Counted from the first letter of the stretch, positions 1 through 11,827 are shown. The stretch is DNA of 64,000 bases from Bryobacterales bacterium (GCA_963422375.2 OY729428.2:1280001-1344000); one strand, 5' to 3'. Notes: generated from the sequence alone by a model not told the origin. Numbers and translations are program-made.

Positions 1-334
1 ATTGACTCCGCGAAGGATCGGCGCCTAGGGGCCCTGGTCGCCAATGCGATTTTCGCGAATGAATTCCAGCGGTGGAGCCTCATGGGTGGTCGTGCGGCGT
101 GCGGTGCCGGGCCCCAGCCCGTCCACGAGCTGGGATTCGGAGCGGGAAGCCAGACACCCGAACCGGGACTTGGACGTCTCCGGACCAACGGCTATCGCAG
201 ACACCAAAATCTCGCTAGGTTAGCCCCGTGCCCGACGACCCTGGTCGGGGCTAGGAGTTGCAGGGCACAGGCTCCCAAGCGTTGTCGGAAAGAGGGACTG
301 CGACACTCCCCTGGGCCTAGGTACAAGCGACTCG

Positions 335-838
335 CTAGCTCTCGTCGGCTGAAGGACCGTACATCCCCGGAACGGGAACGTCATTCAATCTCAGGTACAC
401 GCTCAGCTGGGCGCGATGGTGGATGACGTGGCTGAGGACCATCGTTCTGAGCACGCTGATTCGCGGCATCGTAAATATCTCCTGGCCCTGCATGCGAAGG
501 GTCCAGTCCGTCTGCATAGCGACGTCGTCTGCCTTGCGAATGGCAGCCACCGACTCGGTCAGGGCAGTGTCGAAGAATGCTAGAGTCTCCTCGCGACGCG
601 CCGGCGCGTAGGGCTGGTAGGGTGGACTGCCGGGAGGCCGGAGCTCTAGCTCGTCCGTCTGAACGGTGTTCGTGCCCCACTGGACCATTTCCGCCACGTG
701 TCCAGCCAGCCGGGCCATGGTCATGGATTTCGGGTGGGGCTGAAAGTCCATTGCCTCGTTCGGCACCCGCTCGAGCATTCGGCGAGTCTGGCGCATCTCA
801 GCTTCAAACTCCGCAAGGAAGGTTTCCGCGATTGTCAT
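335..838 (-). CDS. DinB/YfiT family protein
   Basis: MTIAETFLAEFEAE..TRRMLERVP, PHPKSM, 'HVIHHRAQLSVYLRLNDVPVPGMYGPSADE' C-terminus typical of DinB; start placed at ATG 838. Confidence 0.85.
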   Translation of the reverse strand: MTIAETFLAEFEAEMRQTRRMLERVPNEAMDFQPHPKSMTMARLAGHVAEMVQWGTNTVQTDELELRPPGSPPYQPYAPARREETLAFFDTALTESVAAIRKADDVAMQTDWTLRMQGQEIFTMPRISVLRTMVLSHVIHHRAQLSVYLRLNDVPVPGMYGPSADES

Positions 839-962
839 GACCTCAACCTCAGCAACTCGGGATTCCCTAGACTGCACCTGCGCCTGCAGGACCACCTAGA
901 GCCGACTTCTCAATAGATCCTACCGCATCTCGTCCGGCCAAGGTCGACGGCGGCCTATGCTC

Positions 963-1703
963 CTAGCGCGACTCCCGGCGCTGGCGACATATCTCGAACA
1001 GAGCGACGCCTGCCGCCACCGAGACGTTCAGCGACGAGACCGTGCCCGCAAGAGGGATCCGCAGCAGGAAATCGCAGCGCTGCGCCACCTTCTCTCGCAG
1101 CCCGCTGCGCTCGCCTCCCAGCACCAAGGCGCAGCGGTCCGCGTATTCCACCTCGTCGTAGGCTCCCTCCGCTTGAGCGTCGAAGCCGTAGAGCCAGAAA
1201 TCAGCCTCCTTCAGCTGCTCCATGGCCCGGCCGATGTTCTTGACCCGTACGACCGGAAGCGCTTCCAGCGCCCCGGCGGCGGCCTTCGCAGCAGCCGCGC
1301 TCAACTGGGCCGACCGCCTCTCCGGAATGACTGCCGCAGCCGCGCCGGCCCCGTCCGCCGTGCGGATGATGGCGCCGAGGTTGCGCGGATCTTGCACTGA
1401 GTCGAGTACGACGACCGTAGACTGCGCTCCGGCGCACTCGAAGAGGCTGTCCAGCGTCTCGTACTGCGCAGAAGCAGACAGTGCTACGACGTCCTGATGC
1501 GCATCGGCGCCAGCTAGGCGCCGGACAGCCGACCGCGGTTCGAACCGAACCGGGATCCCAAGCTGCCGGCACTCCTCGACCAGGGGCTGCAGTCGAGGGT
1601 TCCGGGCCCCCTTGCTCACGACGAGCCGGTCCAAGGGGGCCCGAGTCTCCGGCGCCGAGCGCAGGGCGGCGGCGACCGCGTGTATGCCCACCAAGCGCCG
1701 CAT
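963..1703 (-). CDS. rlmB: 23S rRNA (guanosine-2'-O)-methyltransferase, TrmH/SpoU family (RlmB-like)
   Basis: GIHAV N-terminus, 'LDSVQDPRNLGAIIRTA', 'LVLGGERSG', 'IPLAGTVSSLNVSVAAG' SPOUT motifs. Confidence 0.88.
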   Translation of the reverse strand: MRRLVGIHAVAAALRSAPETRAPLDRLVVSKGARNPRLQPLVEECRQLGIPVRFEPRSAVRRLAGADAHQDVVALSASAQYETLDSLFECAGAQSTVVVLDSVQDPRNLGAIIRTADGAGAAAAVIPERRSAQLSAAAAKAAAGALEALPVVRVKNIGRAMEQLKEADFWLYGFDAQAEGAYDEVEYADRCALVLGGERSGLREKVAQRCDFLLRIPLAGTVSSLNVSVAAGVALFEICRQRRESR

Positions 1704-1748
1704 TCCCTAGCGTCTATAATATGGAGTCTCCCTTCCCCGCCCTCAGGG

Positions 1749-2921
1749 ATGCTGCGTTTCGTCACAGCGGGCGAGTCTCACGGCGAGACGCTCGTCGCAA
1801 CCCTTTCGGGCATGCCTGCGGGCGTGCCCGTGGATCTTGGCCGTATCAACCGCGACCTGTGGCGCCGCCAGCAAGGCTACGGTCGCGGCGGGCGGATGAA
1901 GATCGAGAGCGACAAGGTTCACATCGTCTCGGGTGTCCGTCACGGCAAGACGATCGGCTCGCCGATCGCGGTGCTGCTGCGCAACCGCGACTGGAAGAAC
2001 TGGACCCAAACGCTGCCGGTCGAAGACTACGAGAAGTCCGGCGAGCACGCCAAGCCGGTGTATCGCCCTAGGCCGGGACACGCCGACCTAGCGGGCAGCA
2101 TCAAGTACAACTACCCCGAGGCGCGTTACATCCTCGAGCGCGCCAGCGCGAGAGAGACGGCCGGTCGCGTGGCGATCGGCGGCTTCGCGAAGATCCTCCT
2201 AGGGGAATTCGGAATCGCCGTTCTGAGCCACGTTGTCGCCGTAGGCGACGTCGAGCTCGAGCGAGCGGCCGCCTGGGACGAGCTCGAGGCGCTGGCCTCG
2301 AAGAACGAAGTGCTTCTGAATTGCGTGGACCCCGAGACCGAGCAGCGCATGAAAGCCGTAGTCGACAAGGCCTATGCCACCGGAGATACCAGCGGCGGCG
2401 TGTTTGAGGTCATCGTGCGGGGCGCGCCGCCCGGCCTTGGGTCGCACACGAGCTGGGATTCGAAGCTCGACGGTCGACTGGCGCAAGCGATCGTCTCGAT
2501 GCAGGCCGTCAAGGGGGTGGAGGTAGGCTCGGCAGCGATCCAAGCCGCCTCGCCCGGGTCCAGGGTACAAGACACCATCCACTACGACAAGACCAAGCGC
2601 AGGTTCTACCGAGGCTCGAACAAGGCCGGCGGGCTCGAGGGGGGAATCACCAACGGGCAGGACATTGTCGTGCGCGGCTACCTGAAGCCAATCTCGACAC
2701 TTCGCCGACCGCTCGAATCGGTCGACCTGACGTCGCGCGAACCGGCCAGCGCCGCCTACGAGCGCTCGGACGTAGCTGTGGTACCTGCCGCCGGCGTGAT
2801 CGGCGAGGCCATGGTGGCCCTGACCGTAGCAACAGCGTTCTTGGAAAAGTTCGGCGGGGACTCGCTCGGCGAAGTCCGTCGCAATTTCGACGGCTACGTC
2901 GAACAGGTCCGACGCTTCTGA
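1749..2921 (+). CDS. aroC: Chorismate synthase
   Basis: MLRFVTAGESHG, RRQQGYGRGGRM, PRPGHAD, ERASARETA, KPISTL, ERSD signatures. Confidence 0.97.
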   Translation: MLRFVTAGESHGETLVATLSGMPAGVPVDLGRINRDLWRRQQGYGRGGRMKIESDKVHIVSGVRHGKTIGSPIAVLLRNRDWKNWTQTLPVEDYEKSGEHAKPVYRPRPGHADLAGSIKYNYPEARYILERASARETAGRVAIGGFAKILLGEFGIAVLSHVVAVGDVELERAAAWDELEALASKNEVLLNCVDPETEQRMKAVVDKAYATGDTSGGVFEVIVRGAPPGLGSHTSWDSKLDGRLAQAIVSMQAVKGVEVGSAAIQAASPGSRVQDTIHYDKTKRRFYRGSNKAGGLEGGITNGQDIVVRGYLKPISTLRRPLESVDLTSREPASAAYERSDVAVVPAAGVIGEAMVALTVATAFLEKFGGDSLGEVRRNFDGYVEQVRRF

Positions 2922-2953
2922 GGCGGTCGACCGTTCTGTTGCGACCATAACCG

Positions 2954-3526
2954 ATGGATCGGATGACCGGCGCGAGCGACCGCGAGCGACTGAAGCGAAT
3001 CCTCCGGACGCATTCGATCAAGCGCGGTGACTTTGTACTCGCTTCCGGCGCTCGGAGCGAAGTCTACGTCGACTGCCGGCTGACCACCCTGCGAGGCGAG
3101 GCGATGCCGCTGGTCGGCAGGCTGATGCTGAAACGCTTCGCCGAGCGCGGCTGGCGGCCTCAGGCCGTAGGCGGTCTGACCATGGGAGCGGACCCGGTCG
3201 CCTGCGCTGTCTGCTTTGCATCCCAAGGAACATCCACTCCCGTCGACGCGTTCGTTGTGCGCAAGACCGAGAAGGGGCACGGACGGAAACGCACGATCGA
3301 AGGCCTGCCGCAAACGGACGGGGTGCGCTGCGTGGTTCTGGACGATGTATGCACCACGGGAGGGTCGACCGCAATGGCGATCAATCGAGCCCGGTCCGCG
3401 GGCATGGTCGTTCTCGGGGCCATCTGCATGGTGGATCGGGAACAGGGCGCGCGCGCCGTGATCGAGGCGGCCGGCTGCCCCCTCGACGCGCTGTTCACGA
3501 TGCGGGAGCTCCTAGCGGGCAAGTGA
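2954..3526 (+). CDS. pyrE: Orotate phosphoribosyltransferase
   Basis: GDFVLASG..S..YVD, VRK..KGHG, PRPP-binding 'VVLDDVCTTGGS'. Confidence 0.93.
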   Translation: MDRMTGASDRERLKRILRTHSIKRGDFVLASGARSEVYVDCRLTTLRGEAMPLVGRLMLKRFAERGWRPQAVGGLTMGADPVACAVCFASQGTSTPVDAFVVRKTEKGHGRKRTIEGLPQTDGVRCVVLDDVCTTGGSTAMAINRARSAGMVVLGAICMVDREQGARAVIEAAGCPLDALFTMRELLAGK

Positions 3527-4100
3527 ACTCGTCAACGAGCGCGGGGATCCATACGTGGAGAGTCGGTCCGCGATTGGATTGAGGCGGGCGCAGCGCTTCG
3601 GAAGCCTGCGCAGGCGTCGCATGTTCCGCCATTCCGCCGAGAAGGCAAGAGCGTTCTAGCGCAGGCTCGCACGGAAGCCTTGCGCCTGTCGACCAAGTTC
3701 ATCGGCACCATGCACCTGCTTGGCCTCCTGCGGGAGGACTGCTGCTCCTCGGCGAGGGGCTTGCTGGCCTGCGGTCTGAGCGTCTCCGCAATTCGCCGAG
3801 ACATCGCCCGCTCGCAGCCTGGACCGGCGTTGTCGCGAAGCCCGTAGCGATAGCAGTTCCACTGATCGGCAGCGATGGAGCGATCCGGCGGCGAGCGGCG
3901 CAGGCCTCGCAGCGACCTGGAAGGCACATTGGGAGGCGGGAACCTCTGCGATGTGATCGCGTCGGACCGCATCGTCCGAACCGACGGCCACGGCACGGGA
4001 GGCCGCAAGGCGCGAGGAACCATGTTGGTATGATGGTCCGCAAGGGACCAGCGCCTGTCGGCCCGTGCTCGCCGCCTGCCGGCCAGAGCGTTTGGATCGC

Positions 4101-6581
4101 ATGTTCGAACGCTACACGGAGAAGGCCCGGCGCGTCATCTTCTTCGCCCGGTACGAGGCCAGCCAGTTCGGCAGCCCGTACATCGAGACCGAGCACCTCC
4201 TCCTCGGCCTGATCCGTGAGGACAAGGCGCTGGCCAATCGCTTCCTGCGCTCACACGCAGCGGTCGACTCCATTCGCAAGCAGATCGAGACGCACACTAC
4301 CGTCCGCGAAAAGGTCTCAACCTCGGTGGACCTGCCGCTTAGCCACGAGTGCAAGCGCGTCCTCGCCTACGCAGCGGAGGAAGCCGAGCGCCTATCCCAC
4401 AAGCACATCGGAACAGAGCACCTGCTGCTCGGCCTGTTACGGGAGGAGCGCTGCTTCGCTGCGGAGATCCTGCACGAGCGCGGCCTGCGGCTGTCGACGA
4501 TCCGCGAGGAACTCGCCCGCGTGCAGTCCGAGAAGATGCCCTCGGGCCGGCCCAAGGAAGGCTCGATGCTCGCGGAGTTCAGCCGCGACCTGACGCAGGA
4601 AGCCGCCGACGGCAAGCTGGAGCCCCTGATCGGGCGCGACAACGAGCTGGAGCGGGTCGTGCAGATCCTCTGCCGGCGCACCAAGAACAACCCGGTGCTG
4701 ATTGGAGAGCCCGGGGTGGGCAAGACGGCCATAGTGGAGGGCCTCGCCCAGCGCATCTCGAGCGGCGTCGTGCTGCCGTTCCTGTCCGAGAAGCGGATTC
4801 TCTCGCTCGACCTGTCCCTCGTCGTCGCGGGCACCAAGTACCGCGGCCAGTTCGAGGAGCGTCTCAAGACGATCATGCGAGAGCTGATGGAGAACCGCAA
4901 TTCCATCATCTTCATCGACGAGCTGCACACCATCGTCGGGGCGGGATCGGCGGAGGGCTCGCTTGACGCGGCGAACATCCTCAAGCCCGCGCTCTCGCGG
5001 GGCGAGATCCAGTGCGTCGGGGCCACCACGCCCAGCGAGTTCCGCAAGTCCATCGAGAAAGACCGGTCCCTGGAGCGGCGCTTCCAAGCCGTCAAGGTCC
5101 AGCCGCCCTCGGAAGAGGAGGCAGTGCAGGTACTGATCGGCATCAAGGAGCGTTACGAAAAGTTCCACGCCGTGGTGTACACCGACGACGCGGTGGAATC
5201 CGCCGTCTACAGCTCGATCCGATACATCCCGGACCGTTTCCTGCCCGACAAGGCGATCGACCTGCTCGACGAGGCCGGCGCCCGGGTCAAGCTGCAGCAG
5301 ACGAAGATGTCGGACGAGACCGCGGAGATCCACAAGCGCATTAAATACGTCGTGCATCGCATGGAGACCGCGATCTCGAACCACGAGTTCGAGAAGGCTC
5401 GCTTCTATTCGGACGAGGAGCGCAAGGAGCGCGAGAACCTGCACCGGATCCAGAAGCAGGAGGACCTTGAGCAGGCGGTCACGGCGACCGTAGGCAAGGA
5501 CGACATCGAGGAGGTCGTGGCGCGGTGGACAGGCGTGCCCATGACCGCCATCAAGGAAGAGGAGATGGATCGGCTCCTGCGGATCGAGGACGAGCTGCAC
5601 GAGAGGGTCGTCAGCCAGGACAGCGCGATTTCCGCGCTGGCCCGTGCCATCCGGCGCTCCCGCGCCGGCCTCAAGCCCGTCGGCCGGCCGGCCGGATCCT
5701 TTCTATTCCTAGGGCCGACGGGTGTCGGCAAGACCGAGGTGGCCCGCGCCCTCGCCGAATGCCTGTTCGGCACCGAGAAGTCCCTGATCCGCTTCGACAT
5801 GTCGGAATTCATGGAGAAGCATTCCGTGTCGAAGCTGATCGGCTCCCCGCCGGGCTACGTGGGCTACGAGGAGGGTGGCCAGCTCACGGAACGCGTAAAG
5901 AGGGCACCATACTCGATCATCCTGCTCGACGAGATCGAGAAGGCCCATCCCGACCTGTTCAGCATCCTGCTGCAGGTCTTCGAGGACGGGCAGCTGACCG
6001 ACGGCATCGGCAACACGGTGGACTTCAAGAACACGATCATCGTGATGACCTCGAACATCGGAGCGCGGTATCTTCAGCTCAAGACGCCGATGGGCTTCCA
6101 AGGCCGGTCGAAGGACTCCACCGACTCGAAGGCCGAGCAGGAAGTCCGCAGCGAGGTCAAGCGGACGTTCAATCCCGAGTTCCTGAATCGGATCGACGAG
6201 ACGATCATCTTCCGGTCACTGACGGACGAGGACCTGCTCAAGATAGTGCAAATGCTGGTCGGCCACATCAACCGCAACCTGATCAGCAAGGGCCTGCAGA
6301 TCCGCCTCGCCGAGGACGCCGCGCAGTACGTGCTCGAGGAGACCATCGGAGACCGCAGCTACGGCGCCCGGCCGCTCAGGCGAGCGCTGCAGCGCTGCGT
6401 GGAGGACCCGCTTTCCGAGGCGCTCATCCAGAACCGCCTGCCGCGCCCGGCGGAGATCGAGATTTTCCGTGGGCCGGACGGCATGTACTACCGGCGGCTC
6501 GACTTGGCGGAAGGCGAGGACGAGCTCTCCGAACCGGGCGCGGTGGCGGTTGCTACAGGGACGCTGCTCTACTCCTTCTAG
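4101..6581 (+). CDS. clpC: ATP-dependent Clp protease ATP-binding subunit ClpC
   Basis: [11 protein letters not shown]lp-N repeats, two AAA+ modules ([16 protein letters not shown]), [19 protein letters not shown]. Confidence 0.96.
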   Translation: MFERYTEKARRVIFFARYEASQFGSPYIETEHLLLGLIREDKALANRFLRSHAAVDSIRKQIETHTTVREKVSTSVDLPLSHECKRVLAYAAEEAERLSHKHIGTEHLLLGLLREERCFAAEILHERGLRLSTIREELARVQSEKMPSGRPKEGSMLAEFSRDLTQEAADGKLEPLIGRDNELERVVQILCRRTKNNPVLIGEPGVGKTAIVEGLAQRISSGVVLPFLSEKRILSLDLSLVVAGTKYRGQFEERLKTIMRELMENRNSIIFIDELHTIVGAGSAEGSLDAANILKPALSRGEIQCVGATTPSEFRKSIEKDRSLERRFQAVKVQPPSEEEAVQVLIGIKERYEKFHAVVYTDDAVESAVYSSIRYIPDRFLPDKAIDLLDEAGARVKLQQTKMSDETAEIHKRIKYVVHRMETAISNHEFEKARFYSDEERKERENLHRIQKQEDLEQAVTATVGKDDIEEVVARWTGVPMTAIKEEEMDRLLRIEDELHERVVSQDSAISALARAIRRSRAGLKPVGRPAGSFLFLGPTGVGKTEVARALAECLFGTEKSLIRFDMSEFMEKHSVSKLIGSPPGYVGYEEGGQLTERVKRAPYSIILLDEIEKAHPDLFSILLQVFEDGQLTDGIGNTVDFKNTIIVMTSNIGARYLQLKTPMGFQGRSKDSTDSKAEQEVRSEVKRTFNPEFLNRIDETIIFRSLTDEDLLKIVQMLVGHINRNLISKGLQIRLAEDAAQYVLEETIGDRSYGARPLRRALQRCVEDPLSEALIQNRLPRPAEIEIFRGPDGMYYRRLDLAEGEDELSEPGAVAVATGTLLYSF

Positions 6582-6928
6582 CCCCGCAGCTCGATTTCAA
6601 CCCGCGAGCGCCCGACGCCCGCCTGTCTCGAGCTGAGACCGGGTTCGCGGATGCGCAGCCGGGCCCGACTCGTGACGCATGCAGAAGAGAGGCACTCCGG
6701 CCGGTGGTTCGCTTCGCGGTTTCGTCTCGCTGTGCGAGCACGCTTCCGGGCCATGGGCAAGGCCACTTTCGATGGCCTTCAAAAGGAACGGTTGGCCCCT
6801 GATGCTCCGGTTCTCCCACGGAGCCGAGGTCCGCAGCGCTCTTGGGGCGACCGATCAAGCGGCGAGCGCCTATTGTTATCAGCACGCGACGAAGCCGCCC
6901 TCGGCAGGCTACCAGTGCCGCTTGGGCT

Positions 6929-7264
6929 TCAGATCAGCTCCTCGGCCCAGTGGATGACCGCCTCGGCGATTTCAACGGACCGCTCCTGCTCTTGTGCATT
7001 TTCTGGTGCTACTAATGGAGGGTATCGCGTGACCATGGCGAACGTCGTGAAATCCTCAGCCTGCATGACCTCATCTGGAATCCTCAGCCCTGTTGTCTCG
7101 AACAGCGATCCGACATGCGCTAGATCTTGTACGCACGGAATCCCAATTCCTCGCTGAAAAGATACAGCCGTTATCTCTTTCTCGGCGACTTGCCGCGCCA
7201 AGAAACAAAGATCTTCGAAATAAGCCCCTCCATTGCCAAACTGCTCTTCTCCCGAGTCATCCAC
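6929..7264 (-). pseudogene. Degenerate HEPN-domain toxin (HEPN-MNT module)
   Basis: 'EDLCFLARQVAEK' and 'TRYP' resemble HEPN, but conserved residues have drifted and the N-terminus appears lost; lower GC than flanks. Confidence 0.6.
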
Positions 7265-7284
7265 TTCCGTGGATCATCGGGAGG

Positions 7285-7620
7285 CTATCGGTCAGGGGCC
7301 CTCTCTATACCACCCGGCCCTCCGTCAGCTCCAAATTGATGATTAAGGCTGGGCAATTCTTGTAGCGTTCCATGTCGCGTGGTGAGACGACGATTGGGTC
7401 TACCGCTGCACCGACACCATGCAGGCCCCTGCATGGTGCGAGCCATAGGCCTCAGAGGATGCCTACTCTCCTTGATGATCGGTAAGTCCACGTCCCGAGC
7501 GGAACTCAGTCCATCTCGGGCTGCGGAACCAAGAAGTATGATTCTCTCCGACTGCACAGTCTTCACCGCATGCCGGATGATTTCGTCCAAGACCGCTTGA
7601 CTAACTCCGCGACCATTCAT
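7285..7620 (-). pseudogene. Degenerate minimal nucleotidyltransferase (MNT) antitoxin
   Basis: 'ERIILLGSAARDG...DVDL' MNT motif, then similarity is lost (apparent frameshift); directly upstream of the HEPN remnant. Confidence 0.65.
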
Positions 7621-8246
7621 GAATTGCTAGACCCTTCAAGGTCGGTTGGTCGACTCGTCGAGCGGACCCCGGTGCAACTGGCGCTAGCCACCAGCCTAGG
7701 ATCACTTCTGAGTCTATCGCCCAACACGGCGATCCAGCCACTCGGCACGTTGTCCTCGACAGGCGCGTCCCGCACGCTCCAGCCTCGGACGGGTCCCGCT
7801 TCCGGCATCACTATCGCAAGGTCGAGCCAGATTGACCCGCTCGCCTGCGAGCGACGGTTTGTGACGTTGCAGCCGCTCTCGGGGTGTACCGAAATTCAGG
7901 TGCGTGCAGATCTCCAGCTCGGCACCTCGGGTTCGCACCCAGCGGATGCGACCCAGCGTTCTTGAGGCCATCTCCCTCGGGCAGCACGACGAAGCGCGTG
8001 TCCTTGCCGGTCAGATGCGGGCGGCCCCCCAGCGCGGAGGGCCAGCCCATCCACGTCTTGCCCGGCGCACAATGGCACACGCCAGCCTGCCGCCCGGTGC
8101 AAAGCCGGGACGGAGGGCTCAGCTCGGGCAGGCGAAGACTTCCGCACGAGGCTCCAAGGAATCGGACGGACATCGCTAGGGGCCGGGCGAGAGGATGGGA
8201 GCGATGGGAGCGATCGGTTTCCGCGGCTCGGCGTTCGAGGCTGCGC

Positions 8247-9764
8247 TCACATTCTCGGGAAAACGCCCTTGAGTGCCGGGTACATCTCCTGGAACAGGTC
8301 GTACGCACGTTCGTAGGTCCGTACCAGACCCGGATCCGATTCGAGCCGGTTGCGCTCCGCGATCAGACTGCGGCAGGCCTCTTTCACGGATGCGAACTGG
8401 CCGGTGCCGACCATTGCCAGCAGCGCCGCCCCGTAGGCCGACCCTTCCTGCGTTTGCAGCGTCGCGATCGGCTTCTGGAAGACGCCGGCGAGAATGCTCA
8501 GCCATAGGGGGGACTTCGCTCCCCCGCCCGAGGCACGCACCGCGCTCACGGCCGCCCCGAGCGATTCGATCACACCGAGGCAGTCGCGCAAGCTGTAGGA
8601 GACGCCTTCGAGAATCGACCGGACCAAGTGCGCCCTGGTGTGCTTCGCGGTGAGTCCGATCCAGCCGCCCCGGGCGTACGCGTCCAAGTGGGGGGTGCGA
8701 TCGCCCATGAGATAGGGGAGCCAGAAGAGTCCCTCCGAGCCGGGCTGGACGGCGGCCGCCTCCTCCGTCAGCAGGTCGTAGACTTCAAGGTCGCGTTCCC
8801 GAGCTTCCTGCTCGAGACCGGAGGCCAGCTGGTTGCGGAACCACTGCAGGCTGAGGCCGGCGCCTTGGGTCACTCCCATCACGTGCCATTTCCCGGGCAC
8901 GGCATGGCAGAAGGTATGCACTCTCCCTTCTGGGTCGTAGGCCGGTTCTTCCAGATGGGAGAAAACCACTCCCGAGGTGCCGACCGTACAGGACACCAGA
9001 CCCGACTCGACGATCCCGTTGCCGACCGCGCTGGCGGCCTGGTCGCCGCCTCCGCCCACCACCGGAGTTCCAGCCATCAGCCCGGTCTCGGCGGCGAGGG
9101 CGGCGGTCACGCGTCCGGCGGCAGCCGGCGACTCCACCACATCGGGCAGGATCGACGCGTCGATGCCGAGCCGCTCGATCAACGGCCACGCCCAGCGGCG
9201 CCTAGCGACGTTGAAGAGCGCGGTGCCCGAGGCATCCGACACCTCGCTGACGTACTCGCCGGTCAGCCTGAAGCGGATGTAATCCTTGGGCAGGAGCATC
9301 CTCCGGATCCGGGCGTAGCTAGCCGGATCGTGGTCGCGAACCCAGAGCAGCTTAGGGGCCGTGAATCCGGTCAGCACGGGATTGGCGGTCTGCTCCAGGA
9401 CCATGGCCTCGCCAGCGGTCGCGTTGATCCAGTCGACCTGCTCCTGGCTGCGCTGGTCGCACCAGATGAGCGCGGGACGGACGACCTCGTCGCTAGCGTC
9501 CAGCAGCGTCAGGCCGTGCATCTGGCCGGACAGACCGATGCCGGCGACGTCGCCCCCGGCGACCCCGGCCTTGGCCAGCACGCCGCGGATCGCCTCGCGA
9601 GCGGCATCCCACCAGTTCTCGGGCCTCTGCTCGGCCCATAGCGGCCGATGCATCCGGATTTCTTCGTGCCCGACGGTGACGCCGCGGGCGACGCTGCCGT
9701 CCGCCCGCACCAAGAGCGCGCGCGACCCGCCCGTCCCCACGTCAATGCCTAGCCAGTACTTCAT
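8247..9764 (-). CDS. xylB: Xylulokinase (FGGY carbohydrate kinase)
   Basis: MKYWLGIDVGT, GLSGQMHG, GFTAPKLLW, GGGDQAA, PYLMGDRTPH; start ATG 9764. Confidence 0.92.
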   Translation of the reverse strand: MKYWLGIDVGTGGSRALLVRADGSVARGVTVGHEEIRMHRPLWAEQRPENWWDAAREAIRGVLAKAGVAGGDVAGIGLSGQMHGLTLLDASDEVVRPALIWCDQRSQEQVDWINATAGEAMVLEQTANPVLTGFTAPKLLWVRDHDPASYARIRRMLLPKDYIRFRLTGEYVSEVSDASGTALFNVARRRWAWPLIERLGIDASILPDVVESPAAAGRVTAALAAETGLMAGTPVVGGGGDQAASAVGNGIVESGLVSCTVGTSGVVFSHLEEPAYDPEGRVHTFCHAVPGKWHVMGVTQGAGLSLQWFRNQLASGLEQEARERDLEVYDLLTEEAAAVQPGSEGLFWLPYLMGDRTPHLDAYARGGWIGLTAKHTRAHLVRSILEGVSYSLRDCLGVIESLGAAVSAVRASGGGAKSPLWLSILAGVFQKPIATLQTQEGSAYGAALLAMVGTGQFASVKEACRSLIAERNRLESDPGLVRTYERAYDLFQEMYPALKGVFPRM

Positions 9765-10534
9765 GCGGTCCTCCCGCTGGAGTCGTCCGAGCCGTCCGGG
9801 CGCGGGCCCGCGGCGAGGGTCTCGATCTCGGCGCGCAGCGCGCCCGTCAGCGGTCGGGAGGCAATGCCGCCCGGTCCGTCGGTCCGCATCGGCTCCCCGA
9901 TGCGCAGCTCCACGATGCCGGGCCTCAGATGCCACGATCCGGGAGCGAGCACGCGACGGGTCCCGGCGATGGCCATAGGTACGATCGGCACGCCAGCTTG
10001 GATCGCTATGTGGGCCGCGCCCGCCTTGAAGGGCCGGGCCGCCGCGCTACGGCGACGCCCGCCTTCCGGAAAAACCAGGATGGAGCGGCCCGCCCGCACC
10101 TTTCCGGCCGCGTCGGAGATGTTCCGCGCCGCGCGCCGCGCGTTCGCCCGGTCTACCGGCAGGTGGCCGGCCCGGTCGAGGTGCCAGCCGATGAAAGGGA
10201 TTTTCCACAAGCCCGACCGGGCCAGGATCCGAAACGAGCGGGGCATGAATCCGAACATTAGAGGCGTGTCGATCAGGCTGAAGTGGTTCGACGCGAAGAC
10301 GTAGGGCTGCCCGGAATCCAAGCGCTCAGCGCCCCGGACGCGCACGTCCACGAGGAACACAGCCATCAGCATGCGTCCCCAACTTCGCGCGACTCGATGC
10401 TGCCGCTCGCCCCGGCTGTCCACCAGCGAGCAAGCGAGCGACAGGAGCCCCATGGCGCTGGTGATCGCCAAGAGCATCGGGATCATCCAAAACACCGAGC
10501 GCAGAAGGCTCAACGTCTCCCGCAGCCCGCCCAA
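9761..10534 (-). CDS. plsC: 1-acyl-sn-glycerol-3-phosphate acyltransferase family protein
   Basis: NHFSLID (NHx4D) and FPEG motifs, FKAGA, PIVP. Confidence 0.85.
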   Translation of the reverse strand: MGGLRETLSLLRSVFWMIPMLLAITSAMGLLSLACSLVDSRGERQHRVARSWGRMLMAVFLVDVRVRGAERLDSGQPYVFASNHFSLIDTPLMFGFMPRSFRILARSGLWKIPFIGWHLDRAGHLPVDRANARRAARNISDAAGKVRAGRSILVFPEGGRRRSAAARPFKAGAAHIAIQAGVPIVPMAIAGTRRVLAPGSWHLRPGIVELRIGEPMRTDGPGGIASRPLTGALRAEIETLAAGPRPDGSDDSSGRTA

Positions 10535-10543
10535 GACCCGATT

Positions 10544-11827
10544 CTATCCGAGCAGGTCGCGGGCCTCCCCGACGAGAAATATGGAACCCGCGACCACAAT
10601 CCATCCCCTGGGGTCCGTTCCGGCTCGCGCCGAGAGGAGAGCTCGCTCTACGTCGGCCGCGGTCTCCACGCGCGGATGGTGGTGGCCGACCGTCGCGCGC
10701 AGGGCGCGGGGGCTTGCGGACCGCCGCACCTTCGAACGAGTCAGCAGGACACGGTCCGCGGCCGGGAAGATCCAGCCGGCGATCTCGTCCACGGCCTTGT
10801 CCCGCGAGGATCCGTAGACTAGCGTGACGCTCCTCCCGCGCGCTTCGCTCCCTAGGAATGCGGCTAGCGAGCGGGCCCCGTCAGGGTTGTGAGCGGCGTC
10901 CAGCAGGACACGCGGATCCGAGCTGGCGAATTCGAGCCTGCCGGGCCAGCGGACCCGGCGCAGGCCGGCTGCAATGCTGTCCGCCGGCACGCCCAGCGCA
11001 TCGAGGGCGGCGACTGCCACCAAAGCGTTCTCGACTTGGTGCTGGCCCGCCAAGCCGAGCCTGGCAGCGACCGAGCGGTCGCGGCCGGCAACAGTGATGC
11101 GCCAGCGACCAGCCTCGCTGGCTGCATCCCGGACTTCCCAGTCCGCCTCGCAGTCCCGAACGTCCGCCACTGCCGCGCGGCAGCAGCGCAGCAGCACCCG
11201 GCGGGCCTCCGGGGCCTGGCGCCCGATGACCGCCAGGCTGCCGGGCTTGACGATCGCCCCCTTCTCGGCGGCGATACGTCGCAAGCCGCGGCCGAGATAC
11301 CGTTCGTGGTCATGATCGACGCGCGTGAACGCGACGAGCTCGGGGCGCACCACGTTGCTGGCGTCGAGCCGACCGCCCAAGCCCGTCTCGACGATGCGGG
11401 ACCGGCAGCCGGCCTGCTCGAAGAGCACTAGCGCCACCGCCGTAACCGCCTCGAAGAAGGTCGGGTGCGCCCCGCGGCCGTGCTGGGCCACGATGCGCTC
11501 GTTCGCCCTCCGCACGGGCTCGACGGCGCGGCCGAGCGCCTCGTCCGATACCGGGCGTCCGTCCAGCAGGAAGCGCTCGTTGATGCGCGAGAGGTGCGGC
11601 GACGTGTACAGCCCAGTCGAGCGGCCCGCCGCACGAAGGCCGCTCTCGATCATGGCGGCGGCGGATCCCTTGCCGTTGGTGCCAGCGATGTGGACAATTC
11701 CGGGGGCCCGCTCGGGGTGGCCCAGCTCGGCCATGAGCCGCTCCATGCGGTGCAGGCCGAAGCTCTCCTTGCGAACCGAGCCCAGCAGGGAGAAGAGGTA
11801 CCGGACCGACGGGTGCGCCGACTCCAT
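10544..11827 (-). CDS. folC: Folylpolyglutamate synthase/dihydrofolate synthase
   Basis: HIAGTNGKGS, YTSPHL..NER, ETGLGGRLDASN, WPGR, LDAAHN. Confidence 0.95.
   Translation of the reverse strand: MESAHPSVRYLFSLLGSVRKESFGLHRMERLMAELGHPERAPGIVHIAGTNGKGSAAAMIESGLRAAGRSTGLYTSPHLSRINERFLLDGRPVSDEALGRAVEPVRRANERIVAQHGRGAHPTFFEAVTAVALVLFEQAGCRSRIVETGLGGRLDASNVVRPELVAFTRVDHDHERYLGRGLRRIAAEKGAIVKPGSLAVIGRQAPEARRVLLRCCRAAVADVRDCEADWEVRDAASEAGRWRITVAGRDRSVAARLGLAGQHQVENALVAVAALDALGVPADSIAAGLRRVRWPGRLEFASSDPRVLLDAAHNPDGARSLAAFLGSEARGRSVTLVYGSSRDKAVDEIAGWIFPAADRVLLTRSKVRRSASPRALRATVGHHHPRVETAADVERALLSARAGTDPRGWIVVAGSIFLVGEARDLLG

Noticed and set aside
3530..4100. ORFs or ncRNA upstream of clpC
   Set aside because: Overlapping ORFs lack motifs and no RNA family was recognisable
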